This document shows, piece by piece, positions 43,648 through 61,204 of a DNA stretch of 64,000 bases. A program made the position numbers and the translations under genes. The notes below the pieces were generated by a model. The model did no database searches. It saw nothing but the letters and a program-made list of their open reading frames with translations, and had not been told where the DNA came from. This DNA is from Ministeria vibrans ATCC 50519 (Eukaryota > Protista > Filasterea), in NCBI GenBank assembly GCA_943704425.1, contig CALSCP010000388.1, forward strand, positions 64,131-128,130. The letters are read 5' to 3'. The first letter of the stretch is position 1; each line of letters starts with the position of its first letter.

Positions 43648-44170
43648 GCCACTGTGCCCTTGCCGAACAAGAAGAATTTGAAATAAATAACAGAACTGCA
43701 GACCCTTTTCGCCCGAAACGGCACAGTCTGCCTCTAGAGAGGTCTATACGCTTATTATAGACAATAATCTGGTCCCAATCGTTTACGACAGACCATTGGC
43801 TCAGCGGACGGGCTTTGCAATTGTATTTACTTTTCTTTTGCGAAACAGTTTCGCGCCCCACGCGCCTTGGTGCTGGTTAATCGTTCAAACGTTGGTGGTC
43901 CAAAGTGTAGTTGTACAACGTAGTACCCAGATCGGACAATTTGAAGGTCGTTCAAGTGTCCGATCCCCGGTTGCGCCGTTGCGGTTGCGTACGGATCTAA
44001 CTGGAACGGATTTTTTTGCGACAGGAATAAGGCGCGACCGAAGTCCAAACTCCAATCACCAATGAACTTGGTCCAAAACATTCTTATTCACCTTCCTGCT
44101 CGCGCCACCTTTATTTCCATTGCCTTTTGTGCCTTCACATCCCTACCCTCAGAGAGCCATCATTAACGCC

Positions 44171-44262
44171 ATGCCTGAGAAAAAGAAGACCACACGCAAA
44201 GTTGTGGCAGCCTGCGTTGCTTGCCGCGAGAAGAAAATCAAATGCGACGGATCGAGACCATG
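44171..44262 (+). CDS. First exon of a Zn(II)2Cys6 (GAL4-type) transcription factor; remainder missing beyond the gap
   Basis: Manual translation MPEKKKTTRKVVAACVACREKKIKCDGSRP(C)|gtaagc fits CxxCRxxKxKCD(x)4C. Too short for the ORF track; no second exon found before N 44726-44735. Confidence 0.85.
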
Positions 44263-44725
44263 GTAAGCACCGTTGCGCAGCGTCGATCCATGCATCGCCG
44301 GTTGCAGACCACTCAGGGTCGTTTGCGGCGGCCGCCCCTTTCTGTGAGCGTAATGCGTTATCGAGCGGGGGAGCCGTCGGAAGACGTCGTTGTGTCACCC
44401 GACACGCTCGAACCCGTCCGACAGCTTCCCTCCACCCTCCGGGGCTCCCTAGCACGACAGTTGTACCCATGTCGCACCGCCGCAGTCGCGTGCGATCGTT
44501 GGGCGCAAAAGCAGACCCATTTGGAATGAGTCAGTTCGATACGATTCTCTCCTGTGTGGCTCGTGCAAAAAACCTGTTCTTTGTTTCGCTCCCGCTTGTC
44601 TCAGTCACCGTATCATATGCTGTTTAATCACTTTTCCGTGCGCCGATTCGCAATCAGTGGCAATTTTCCTTATCTCGGTCCGTTGTCTCACTTTTTTTTT
44701 TTTTTATCGTTTTTTTTTTTCTCCC

Positions 44726-44735
44726 NNNNNNNNNN
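44726..44735. other. Assembly gap between the Zn2Cys6 intron and the RPC2 body
   Basis: 10 Ns followed by a T run. Confidence 0.98.
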
Positions 44736-44775
44736 TTTTTTTCGCTCTGTCTCTCTCTCTCTCTTTCTTCTCCAG

Positions 44776-49815
<5,040 letters not shown>

Positions 49816-49884
49816 CGAGACTTTATACAAACACAATACAATACAGTATATTTTCATATCGTTACAACCCAATGATTATTGTGA

Positions 49885-51098
49885 TTAGGAATCGTTGAGA
49901 AGCGAGTCAGCGAGCGCCTTGTTAACCTCGTGGTGAGACATCGGAGAGTGAACGCGAACCGAGACAGAACCAGAGGGGAGAGAGAGCACTTGAACCCAGT
50001 GAGGCACACGGCGGGCAAGGTCATGAACAAGGTGGCGGGCGCGGGCAGCAGCAGCGACTGCGGCCGAGCCCGTCTTCTGCTGCGTTGCCACAACGGCCTG
50101 CACTACACTCTCGAGGTCGACGCCGCGCGCTTCGCTGCACGTCTTGTGGACGATCACTTGAATACACGCGCGGTACTCGATTTGACGCGCACTTGCTTGC
50201 GCCTCCTAAACACATTTTGAGTGAGATATGAGTGGGAGAGTGATGTGAGTAAGTGATTGTGTGTGTGTGTGGGTGTGGGTGGGTGGGTGTAAGTTGAACT
50301 TACGGGAGTGTTCATACTGTCAAGCTCGCGCTGAAACGATCGTTGTTTGCGCGCAACCTAAATAGAAAATCAAGTGTGTCAGAGAACGAGACAGAGAACA
50401 TGATCAAAGTAGTAAAGAAGTAACCTTTTCGAGAAGCTTTGCGGAGAGTGACGTTCCAGGACGTTTTTTAATGACGGGAGGAGGAGAGAGAGTCTAAGGA
50501 AGAGTGCGTGAGCCCAATCGAGAGGAGGGAGAGGGAGAAACAGAAGAAGAAAGAAAAAGAGATCAATTTACCTCGGGTGAGTCTGCAGCAGTCTGTTCAA
50601 GAGCAGCTTTGGTCTAGAAAGGAAGGAAGCAAGTTCTGAGTATGATGCGTGCGTGTGTGTCTCTCTCGGTGTGTACTGCTGGCGAGAAGGCACAGTCTGA
50701 GCGGAGGAGAGACTTTGCCGTGACTGGAAGAGCCTTCTGTAGATGAGGGAGGGTCGCCAGTGGGACTAGAGCGTCTTGCTATGTTGTGTGAGGTGTTAGT
50801 GTGTGGGTGTGTGTCCCGCTTCTCTTTGTGCCTTACCTGAAGGAATTCCGGATCCCAGCCATTCAGCTCGAGAGTCGTCTCCAAAAATTGCTATTATAAG
50901 ACAAAAATGAGATGGAGAGAGACAAACGCTGAAGTCATACCGTTTGGTGGGCACGCGCAATGGCCAATAAATTCGCATTGAAAATGTGAAGTCGATTGCG
51001 CAACATTGAATGGGACACTGCATGAGTAATAGTAAAAGTGAGCCAACGCAGAGATAAAGAGAGCCATACAGACAAGACAGAGACAGAGACTGACAGAG

Positions 51099-51146
<48 letters not shown>

Positions 51147-52100
51147 CCCTGATCGGATGGGGAGATGGGGGCGGTGGAGGGAGCCATGTCTGCGGCCTCT
51201 GACATGATGCAGTGAAGTATGAGATCGTAGCCCAGTTGCGCCCGCAGGTGGTTCAACGCCTTGCCCTCGTTGGTGCTCTGACTACCCTCTGTCGTGCTCT
51301 ACGTTGCAGAAGGGTTGTTGTTGTGAGCAAATAAGGGTGTGTGTATGTGTGTTTGGGGGTACCAATTCAAAGGCGTATGCTTCCGGGTACACATGCGCGA
51401 TTTTCGCAAGCACTCGGAGATCAAAGTCTCTTTTGGCAGTATGTGCAACATTTTCGCACACAATCGTGTAAGTGCTTCCACGAGACTGCATTTTGCGATA
51501 GCAAACAACAGTCTCGAGTGCAGCAAACACATCGTACAACGCTTGGTATTTAGGTGGCAGTCGCACTGTCGCTGTCTGCGCGAGAACGTGCGCGTAGCTG
51601 GCAACTGGAGACGGAATGACGACTGTCTTGCACGGTTCCGCGCTGACCGATGGAGCCACAAGCGGCAGAGGGGCAATGGGGTCTGAGCGAGCCGGCGTTT
51701 CTGCTTGGACGGCCTCCAGCTGCGGCTGTGGCGGTGGCGGTGGCGGTGCGGCCGGACGACGGCGTTCGACACGGAGCACACGTCGTCGACGAGGAGGGCT
51801 GCGTCTGTCGGTGACAACGGTGGGCGGAGAGGGCTCTCGAAGGTCGCTTGAGGCGTTTGCCGGTTTTGATGCGAAAAGCCGACTTTGAAAAGCGCTTGCC
51901 TCCTTTGGCGTCTCCGCAGAGCCCGAAGAGCGTGTTGAGCGCGTGGATCTGGTCTTTCTGGGAGGATCCTCTTCCGTGTCGCTTAAAACTGCGGCAATTG
52001 GGCGCTTGTGTGACTACACAGGCGAAACCGACAGGTGTTGATTTTTTATTTTTTTTTGTATGTTTGCAAATTTCGCAAATGTCTCTTCTCAGCAGACCAT
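49885..52100 (-). CDS. CDT1: DNA replication licensing factor CDT1 (multi-exon; start inferred)
   Basis: Geminin-binding winged helix LPPKYQALYDVFAALETVV...RDFDLRVLAKIAHVYPEAY; C-terminal winged helix HLVHDLARRVPHWV. Confidence 0.85.
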
Positions 52101-52194
52101 CTTCTTCTCTACGCATGTGTACGTACCAATTGCGGGCCGATAGAGGCCACCAAGCGAGCTGGAGCGGCCCCCGCCTTCGCAGCAGCCGCATCGT

Positions 52195-52256
52195 GCGCTC
52201 CCGGCAAATGGCGCGCTCCCGGCAAATGGCGCGTAGTCGGCAAATGGCGCGCCAAT
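52195..52256. promoter_or_regulatory. Three tandem 18-bp repeats, each with AAATGGCGCG (E2F-like sites), upstream of CDT1
   Basis: gcgctcccggcaaatggc x2, gcgtagtcggcaaatggc, then gcgccaat; the last copy forms the near-palindrome AATGGCGCGCCAAT; ~95-155 bp upstream of the inferred CDT1 ATG. Confidence 0.62.
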
Positions 52257-52435
52257 GCTTCACGAACCATTTTCTCGCCGCGGCTCGTGCTGCGAACTTT
52301 AGGTGGCATTCCTGGGCAACAGTGTCGAGAGAGGAAGCGAGAAGGCTCAAGAAAAATTGAAAATACAAAAAATAAATAATTTCAAAGTTCAGTTTACTCA
52401 TTGAAATAATACAATGTTAATCATCTTGCTCTCTT

Positions 52436-55400
52436 TTACAACACGGACTCGTTGTTATTGGGGCGGTCAAGTTCAGTATGCTCGGCTGCCAGAAGCTGAT
52501 CGAGTTCGCCGGCGGACGATTCCAACACGGAATCATAGCGACTCTCAAGCTCGGTCTCGTGCAATTTGGGCCGGTACGGAAGCACGGCGGAGCCATCGGA
52601 CTCACTGAGTTGCGTGAGGGTGTGTCGACGGCTCGACAACGCCGACAACGCCACGTCATCTTGGGGCGTCTTCTGGCGGTGCGCAGGAACGGTGATGAGC
52701 TCTCCGTCGCGCGTGAACGAAGCGTCGCGCTGCCTGCCAATGGTTGAGACAGGCGGATCCCACACAATGGCAGTGGGTTCGGTGACATGAAGGACCTGAC
52801 CTGGCAGAGGCCAGTGGCGAGGCGGCATGGTTGTCATGGAAGACGATCTGGCGTCGAGCACGGGATGTTGCTGCCGTTGCAGAGTCTCCTTCTCTTGCAG
52901 CATCTCCATATCAAACTCGCGCTGTGCCCGCTCATAGAGCAGCTGAGTCCCGCGGTCGACGTCGATGGACTCATCCCAGGCAGTGGATTCGGATGCGGAG
53001 CGGGTGGATAAGGAGGAGAGCGACGGATGAACCTGAGCGGCGCGCAGACCTTTCCAATGGTTTGCGACGCCAGCGGTGCGTGCGCGACGACGTTGCTGCT
53101 CGCGCAGCTGCACGATATACGGTTCATCACTGAGCGCGAGAAACGCCGCAAACGTGTATCCCTCCATGGGATTGCCGATATGGCGGTTGGGCAGTCGCTT
53201 TTCGGCGCGCACACCACATACAATGGCCAGGAAGTAGACAACGGCCAGAATGAAGAGACAGAACCACACGACGCTGATGGAGACGTTGAGGGAGTCGCAG
53301 ACGACGCCGGCCAAGTAGTACACGTCGGCATTGAGAAGACCGCAGGCGAGGGAGCGGGCAAGGATGCTGGAGACGGCAGAGTGTAGGGCAGAGAGGCGAA
53401 CGGTGACGAGGGACGCGACGAAGGCGACGGCATGGGCGGGCACGAGAGACGCGCTATGGTTGGTGAGGAAGGAGCCGGTGAGAGTGAGTAGCTGCTGGTC
53501 GTCGGTGGTGCGCGTGAGGGCACTGAGTGTGTCATTGAGGGCCGTGTGTGCGTCGAGGAGGTCCGTTGCGTTGTGCTGCAGTGAGGTGTAGAGGGGCATG
53601 AGGGATGCGTCGAGATCGGCGAGGAATGCAGTGAGATTGGTCTGCAGCTGGGCGTCGGTGGTGGTGGAGGCGAGGGAGACGAGGGAGGCAGATGCATTGC
53701 GGAGGGAGGCAGTGAGGCGGGCGTGGTCGGTGGCGGAAGCGAGGGTAGGCCACAAGGGGTGGTGAAGGGCCGGGTGTGCCGAGAGGGCACTGGCGTTGAG
53801 CAGCACGGCGAGAAACGGGGCCGTGTCAAGGGCAGTATTATTGAGGGGAGTGAGAGTGATGGCGGCGAAGTGAGACTCGATAAGGGAAGACGTGTTGAAA
53901 AGCCGCGAGTAGTTTGCGGTAGGACGGAGAAGGGCGAGGGCGTCGGAGTTGGCGTTGTGCAGAGCCAACGCATCGAGGAGGGTGTCGCCCGCAGAGTTGA
54001 CAGGCGTGTCGAGGACGCTTGTGTCGGCGGCACAAGCGTCAATGAGGTGGAGGAGGTTGATGGGGATGGCGGAGGCATTTCCGGTGGTGGTGAAGGAGAC
54101 GTTGCGTGTGAGGAGCGGCGCATAGACACGACATGACTCGTTGGACACAGCGCCCACAGACCAGTGTGCGGCAAAGAGGATCCATACGGCGATGGAAAGG
54201 AGGAAGCAGGCGTGCACGAGGCATCCTGGTCCACCGTCGCGGTAGCGCACCGTGTCGCATGCGGCGTAGGCAAAGCTCAGGAGAGTTGCAACAAAGACGA
54301 CAGCACACGCGTAGAAGCGGTACTGTTCGTAGCGACTGTACTCGTCGTACGTGTCAAGCGTGTCCCCTTCAAACAGAAATAATAATAATAGGAAGAAGAA
54401 AAAGAAGAATACAACCCAGTTATTCATGATACAGTCACAATAAGACATTGCATAATAATAATAATTATAAGCGTATTATTGTTACTATGGCGTTATACGT
54501 ACCACTAATGTCGTCAACCTGAGTGCGGAGTTGGTCGAGCTGCTGTGAGACGTCGGCGGTGGCAGAGATGAAGGAGGCGGTGTCCAAGGCTCTGTGGAGG
54601 GCAGTAGTAAGGTTGGTGAGAGCTGTGGCAATGGGATGGGCCAGGGCGTCACGTGCGAGGGTCAAATTGGTGTGCAGGGGCCCGATGGGAGTTATATCGA
54701 GCTGAGCAAGAGGAAGGGAAAGAGCATTGAGGGACATGCGAGACGACGAGAGGTTGTCGCTTGTAAATGGGATCGATGGGTGACGAAGGGTACTTGTGGC
54801 TTGCTCGAGCACCGCCAGGGTGGCATTATCACTTGTGTTGTTTGCAAGAAGTGCCAAGCGATCGCCGAATGCGCTGGAAAGAGCGGTAAGGAGGATGAGA
54901 GAGTTATTAAGGCTGGGCATAAGGTCGTTGGTGAGACGTGTGAGGCTCTCCTGCGAAGTGTTTGTTGTGGCCTGGAGCTGTTCGCCAGCAGCTATGAGAT
55001 TGCTTGTGGGTTCCATGAAGGGCGCAAGAGGACCGTCGGCACTGAACAAAGGCAGCGTATTGAGCAGAGAGACGACCGTGTCTGCGGACGATGCATAGAG
55101 ACGACCCATTGTCACAATGGACGTGTCGGCGTTGTTTACAAAGCTGCTCACGTCCGAAAAAATACCCTCGATGCCGTCGCGAGCATACGACACATTATTG
55201 GAGGTGTCTGTGTTGTAGCCGAGACCGATCGTGGCGAACACAAAGGCGGCTGCCGTAAGCAGCAGCAGAGACCAGAAGGCCAGTTGGATCTCGCGTCGCG
55301 TGTAGCCGCGAGGACGAGGCCGATTGCCGCCGCACCAGCCTTGGCCATCGATGTGGTCGGAGGTGTAGCGACGGCACAGGAAGAAGGTGGGATAGGCAAC

Positions 55401-56013
55401 CGCATAAACAATCGCAAGCGCCAGCGCAAGACCCGCCACTGCCGCCACTGGGGCTGCAAACGACACGATGCGCGACGAGCTACTAAACAACTCACTGTAG
55501 TCCTCTAGCTTCGCTATGGGCAGGCGTTCCGTGTCCCAAAGGAGAGACTGTGAGTGACAGGGAAAGTTCAATTTGTGTCAGAGGAACAACGTTTCACAGT
55601 TTCGCTTGCAATTGCGCTTTCTTTTACCATAAGGTTGTTCGCTCCGCGACCCAACTCGCCAGCCCATCCGCCTGCATAAAGCTAGAGAAAGCGAAGCAGC
55701 AATGAAGGGCAGGAAGAGTGAACGGGATATTTTGACGTCGTAGTGATGTCACGTACGGGCAGGGACTCATCGACCACCGACACGGGCTGGCTGGGGAAGC
55801 GGACCGCTTGCTGGAACAGCAAATGCCGTTGACCCACGACTGTGGCGTCTGGAGAAGGGTTGATCAGCGCAATGCGCGATGCGCAGAACCAGATCAGAAC
55901 GAACACTCACCTGAAGAATCATCTATCACTCTCTCTCCGTTCGTCGATACCGCCATCACTGCATCCAAACCACACAACACATATACCACGGCTACCAGTA
56001 ACCCCCGAGGCAT
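52436..56013 (-). CDS. Prominin/Tweety-like pentaspan membrane glycoprotein
   Basis: Signal peptide MPRGLLVAVVYVLCGL; TM1, Cys/Arg loop (LCRR...WCGG), TM2; large sequon-rich loops; YRFY-TM3/TM4-ESC; C...VVCDSLNVSISVVWFCL-TM5-KRL typical of prominins. Confidence 0.72.
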
Positions 56014-56118
56014 TGCGTGATGCGTCGTGCAAGCAAGAAGCTGTAAAGATAAAATATTACTGATTAGTTATTCGACAATCAAATCGAAAGTCGAAACTAA
56101 CTTTTTTTTTCTTTCGTA

Positions 56119-59100
56119 ATGTCGCAAGCATACAGATATGACCTGTTGAACGAATCGGAGCAAGGCGCCGACGAGCACGTGCAAATGGAGGCGCTGTCAA
56201 CGTCGGCCGCGCCTCCGGCCTACCACGAAGTTCCCTCGTCGTCAGCGCTCCCTGCCTACTCCGTCGTTCTCGAAGGTGCGTCTCTTGCCCCATCTCTGTT
56301 CTCTCTGTGTCTTTTTGCTCGGCGTGTGTGTGTATGTGTGTGTGTTTTTCGTTCTTGGACGGAATGTCTTCATTTGCAATTCAACCTTTGCGTAAAAAGT
56401 CCCACCAGACTCCCACTTCCCTCTTGCCACCATCCCCCCATCACCCATACCCATACACTGCCCGTATTCGACTCCAAAGTGCTCTTCTGCCGATTAGCAA
56501 GTGACTTGTTCGCGAAAAACAGAAAAAGTTTCTCGAAAAAATACTTCTTCCACCAAAGACACCCTGTTCGCAGTTGTTGCATGTCAAACGATGTTGTCTC
56601 GCTTGTCCGCAGTCGAGAAATCGCCCCAAGTTGGCCTGCTTCACCGAAACAGTCCCAAGTTCTGGTCCCGTCATCTTACAGCGTCTCCCTCACCCACACG
56701 CCCCGCTCCTTTCTCTTCCTCCTTCCATCAGCCTTTGTCTGTACCGTGTCGTCACATCTGAGCGACACGGCGACTTCGTAGTCTGTGTTTTTTTTTTTTT
56801 TTTTTTTTTTCTGGTCTCTCTCCCTTCCAAACCCGCTTTTTGCCTGGAAAGCCACTCTGCACGGGGGTCACCGCACCGACCCAGTCAACCTCCCGCATGC
56901 GGTCCATATCGCACAGCTGTCGTGCGCCAAAAGGAACGCAATATGAAAAAAAAAAAAAAAAAAAAAAAAAACGCAGTCATCGCAACAAACTGTGACGTCG
57001 GTAGACCTACGGAAAATTAAACGAGAGTGTCGTCGTTCGCGTCGCACCCGCCCCAGGGCTTCCTGCTGCGCTCTCTTCCACGTCCCTCTGCCTTTATCGT
57101 TGCCCATTTCGCCTTGTGTCGCCGTCAAAGCACAGTCGGAGATTGTTGCCGCCTTCCTTATCACCACTCCGTCACGCGCCCGTTCCCTCCAAATGTCGCT
57201 TTCCGCCACGCTTACACAGCGCTCCTGTGGCCTTTGACTGCTCTGCTGCATTGGTTCACTCGTCAGTGCCCCTTTTCCGCTTTCATATGTGTGTTGGTTT
57301 TTCAAAAACCCAACTCCGAGCCATCCCCGCCTTCCCCCGCTCTCTTCTCTGCGCTCTCTCGCCCCATTCGTATTCTACTGACTTTCTCACTCACTCACTC
57401 TCGACTCTTTTTCGTGCTCCGTTTCGTTCCTTCTCACATTTGTGTTTCGTTATTTTTTTGTTGCACCTCCCAGATCGTGTGCGCTCTCCTTCTCCGTCTC
57501 GCGACACCCTCTTGGCACACGCGACGCGAAACAGCATGAAGATTAAGCAAGCAAAGTCTTGCGAGCATCTCATCACTGTGATGCCGCCCTCACCAACAGT
57601 GACGGAGTGTAGGAGGCGCTCTCAGAGCTCCGAAAGCGCTCTCGTCACCTTCGAAGAGGAAAATCTTCAAGGTGAAGAGCGGTTTGAGTCACTGGCGCGT
57701 CTGCACACTGGCCCGCGACGTCGGCTTTCCAGCACCGTCTCCGCCAGCTCGATCGTCACCCCCCAGCCGCAACAGGGCGTTGTCGCCAGCACACATTCTC
57801 CTTCACGCCTCCCCTCCGCCATGGCCACCGAGGCCTCCGTAAAACGACGTCGCTCCACCCACGTCGGCTCCACCGCACACTTCCTCGTGCCCGATCCTAC
57901 GCCGGCCGAGGTCGCGACGCGTCCCATCTCGTGGCATGAAGACGAAACGGTTGCCCTCGAACCCGAACTCTTCGACTCAGACGACGACATGGACGTGCAA
58001 ACTTTCCAGGTGTTTGGTCTGGAATCCCCACCAAGACCTCACTCTCAGCTGCAACAACAAAATTCGCACAAGCGTTCCTTCAAGCGCAGCTTCAAACAGT
58101 CCAAGTCGGGGGGCGCCTCGTCGTCTGCCGCCGTCTCCTCACACACCTCGGCCAATAATAGCATTGCATCTTTCACTCCAGACCCCTCCTCTTCTGCATC
58201 CAATGCCACTGCTTCTTGTACCGCGACTCCTCCCGCTGGCACATCGCCTCATCTGCTCAAGGTCATGTCACAGCCCATGCTCAAGGTTTCCACCAAGGTT
58301 CTGCGCGAACAGGTTGAACAGGATCTCAAAGCGGAACGTCTACAGCAGCAAAAGCAACAGAACCGTCTGAGCAACAGTAGCAACGGCAGTGGCGGTGGTC
58401 GAAGACGCAGTCTCACCCTGCCCTCACAACACTCCCTGCTGACTCCTCCACTTTCCACCAACGACTCGGACGCTCATCGCACTTCATCTTCCGCCGCCAC
58501 CTCCTTCACTGCGTCGGCTTTGCCCACCAATCAAAATGGCGCCTCTCCATCGCGCAAGGAGAAAGGGTTTATTATGTCGCTACTGTCGCGCGGTCGTCGC
58601 GAGTCGGCCGTTCACGCTTCTTCTTTCGCCACGTCTGGTGCCTCTCCTCTCACCTCCACTGTCAGTGCCTTTGTCGTAAGCGACAGCAGCCTGCAACGCC
58701 GCGGTACCCCTCCGGCACAACGTCGACGCGAGTCACGCGCCCGCGCAGACTCGGCACCGCAGCTCATCGTCAAGGGAGGCAAAGTGACCATTGAGGACTT
58801 CCGCATGCCTATCCCACGCGTTGCGGCTGTTCATGCTACCTACCTCAGCCGCCTCGACACGGCACAGCCCACCTCAATCGCCTCCGTGCCGCACAAAGTG
58901 AAAATTATCCCGTCTCCTCGCACGAAGCGTCGAGCCGAGCGCTACGTCGAAATCCAGGAACAGCAACAAGAGTTCTCCACCGAAAACATGACCTCGTCCG
59001 ACGTACTTCGTCATGGCCGTAAGAAGGGGGGTTGAAATTCTTGCTTCATCGCGCTTGTTTTGTTCCTCACTTACATTCCGCTCTCTTCTTTTGTGGTTTT

Positions 59101-61023
59101 TCTTTTGTTTTTTCAGTGAAAACTCCGCCATCTGCTCCTCGCATGCAGCGAAGAAGACGCTCCAACACAATTGATGCTGCGGTGCTCATTCTGACGCGCT
59201 CTCTCACATCCATGTCTGTTCCCGATCCCTCATCTGACATCTCGTCGCCCACGCCACAACGACGAGCCAAACTGACTCCTCGCTCGCCTCTCGTTCCCCA
59301 GTCGGCGCGAGGCTCCACTCAAATTGTCCACGATCGACTGTCGACGCGCACCTCTATGCCCTCCGACATGGTCTCCACCAGCTGCAGCGTGTCGGCGCCG
59401 TTCCTCTCTCAAGCACCCAGCCACACCAACACCAGCTGCAACACCTTGTCGCTGGTGCCGTCGTCCACGTCGACTCTGTCGTCATCGGGCGAGCCTTCGC
59501 CTGGCTCCAGCGACCATACGCTCAGCTCGCATAAACACAGTAGCTCGTCCATTACGAGCCCTAGCTGTCCCAACTTTCCCATGGTGGGCGTCTCGTCTGC
59601 ATCCATTCTGCCAACAGGCAATGGACTCCGTCAAGTCAGCGAAAGTCCCATTGACGATGACGATGACGGCAACAACAATGAACTTGACATGGTGCCTTCC
59701 TTGCCGAATGGCCTGAGCCATCGAATGTCACTTGCAGCGCGTTCAATGGACACGTCGACGTCGGCGTCGCCTAATTCCCGTGCTGTGCGTCGTGTCAGCC
59801 TCACCCTTCCCGTCACGCCCGTCTCTGAAGACCCCCCTGGCAAGTATGTGGTGCTGCGCAAACGTGCCTCCATTGCTTGCACGCGTCGAGCGCGTGCCGA
59901 CAGTGACCCTGAAATGCTCCGCTATGGATCGCTCACGTCCATGTCGACCTTTGCCGAAGACGAGTACGCTTCAACACCGCACTCGGTCGCCTCCAACGCC
60001 GTGCCATCGCCGGGCCTGTCTACTCTGCTCTCGCTCACTGCCTCGCTCGAGCAAGGCGCAGTGGACGTGTCGTACGAGAATGACGACGACGACAACGGCG
60101 ACGATAAAGGAACCGGCAGCAGCCAGTCTGTCTCGCGTCACGGCTCCAAAAACTCGAAGAGAGGAACGTCGCGCGTTCTCCGTCGTACCAGCAGTTACAA
60201 TCCCTCCAAGAAACACTCTGTTTCGTCGATGGCCTCTGTTTCTTCGCCTTCCGTGCCGCAGGTTGACCCAGAGTCTCTACGGTCACTCTCCACGTCGCAA
60301 GTCTCAGCGCCTGGCGAGACCGCGCAATTTTTTGAGCCAGCCTCGCCCAAGGTGATTGCGTTCAGCAACGCAGGTATGCCCTCGGGCGCGTCGTCCGCCA
60401 CCAACAGCAGTGTCAGCAGCCCAAGCAACAACGGCACTGCGACAGACACGGTTACAGGTATTGTGTCGGCGTTACCGCTGCGACGCTTTGCCGGACGCTC
60501 TCTTGCTGATCGCAAAACGCGCGGTGCCTCGTGTCCCCTGCACGAGGCTGTCGGACGGGCAGTGATTGCCGAGGTCAGTCCATTGCGTGCACTCCAGCGG
60601 GCATCACCGGGCGTCGCTGACAGCGTATCCCCACGCGCAGGCAGCGCCAGCAGCTGTGAGAGCGACTCGCGCAGTCCAATGCAGAGCATCGTTTCGCGCA
60701 GCCCCTCCCCGCGACTACGCTCAACACGAATGCGCAGCGACTCGGTCACCACAATGGAACTTCCAGTTGTCACTGCAGCCAAAGCAACAGTGCGTCTTGT
60801 GCGCGGCTCCAGCTCCACGCAACTTCCCTCGCTCAAGTCTCCTTCCTCTTCCTCTGCCTCCACCGTCTCTTCTTCTCTCGCTCCTCGCTCTCCCGTGTCC
60901 CCCACCCTCTCGTCCCGTCCCGTCCATCCCCTTCGCACTGTGTTCCACCCTGATCAAGAACAGCCGCATCTACAACTACCCGTTTCTCCAAAGAAGCGTG
61001 TTCTCACCGAAACGACCGTTTAA
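56119..61023 (+). CDS. Large Ser/Arg/Pro-rich intrinsically disordered protein with N-terminal PY motifs (introns ~56276-57473 and ~59019-59116)
   Basis: Exon 1 with PPAY and LPAY splices in phase 1 into ORF 57116-59035, then into ORF 59032-61023; no globular domain recognisable. Confidence 0.62.
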
Positions 61024-61204
61024 TGTTCTGTACTCTCTCTTTCTTTTCTATTTTTTGTTTCTGTTATACTGTACTAGTGACCTGTTAATAAATTATTATC
61101 ATAACTAACATCTTCCTATTCATATAATTTTCAAATACGTCTTGAGATTTGTACAGAGACCCAAACGAAAGAGAGAGAGGAATGAAAAAGAAAACGGAGA
61201 ACAT

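Noticed and set aside
52834-54273. Long alternative-frame and antisense ORFs (also 32558-34171, 40676-41509, 54594-55508)
   Set aside because: Shadow ORFs of GC-rich coding exons with no recognisable motifs.
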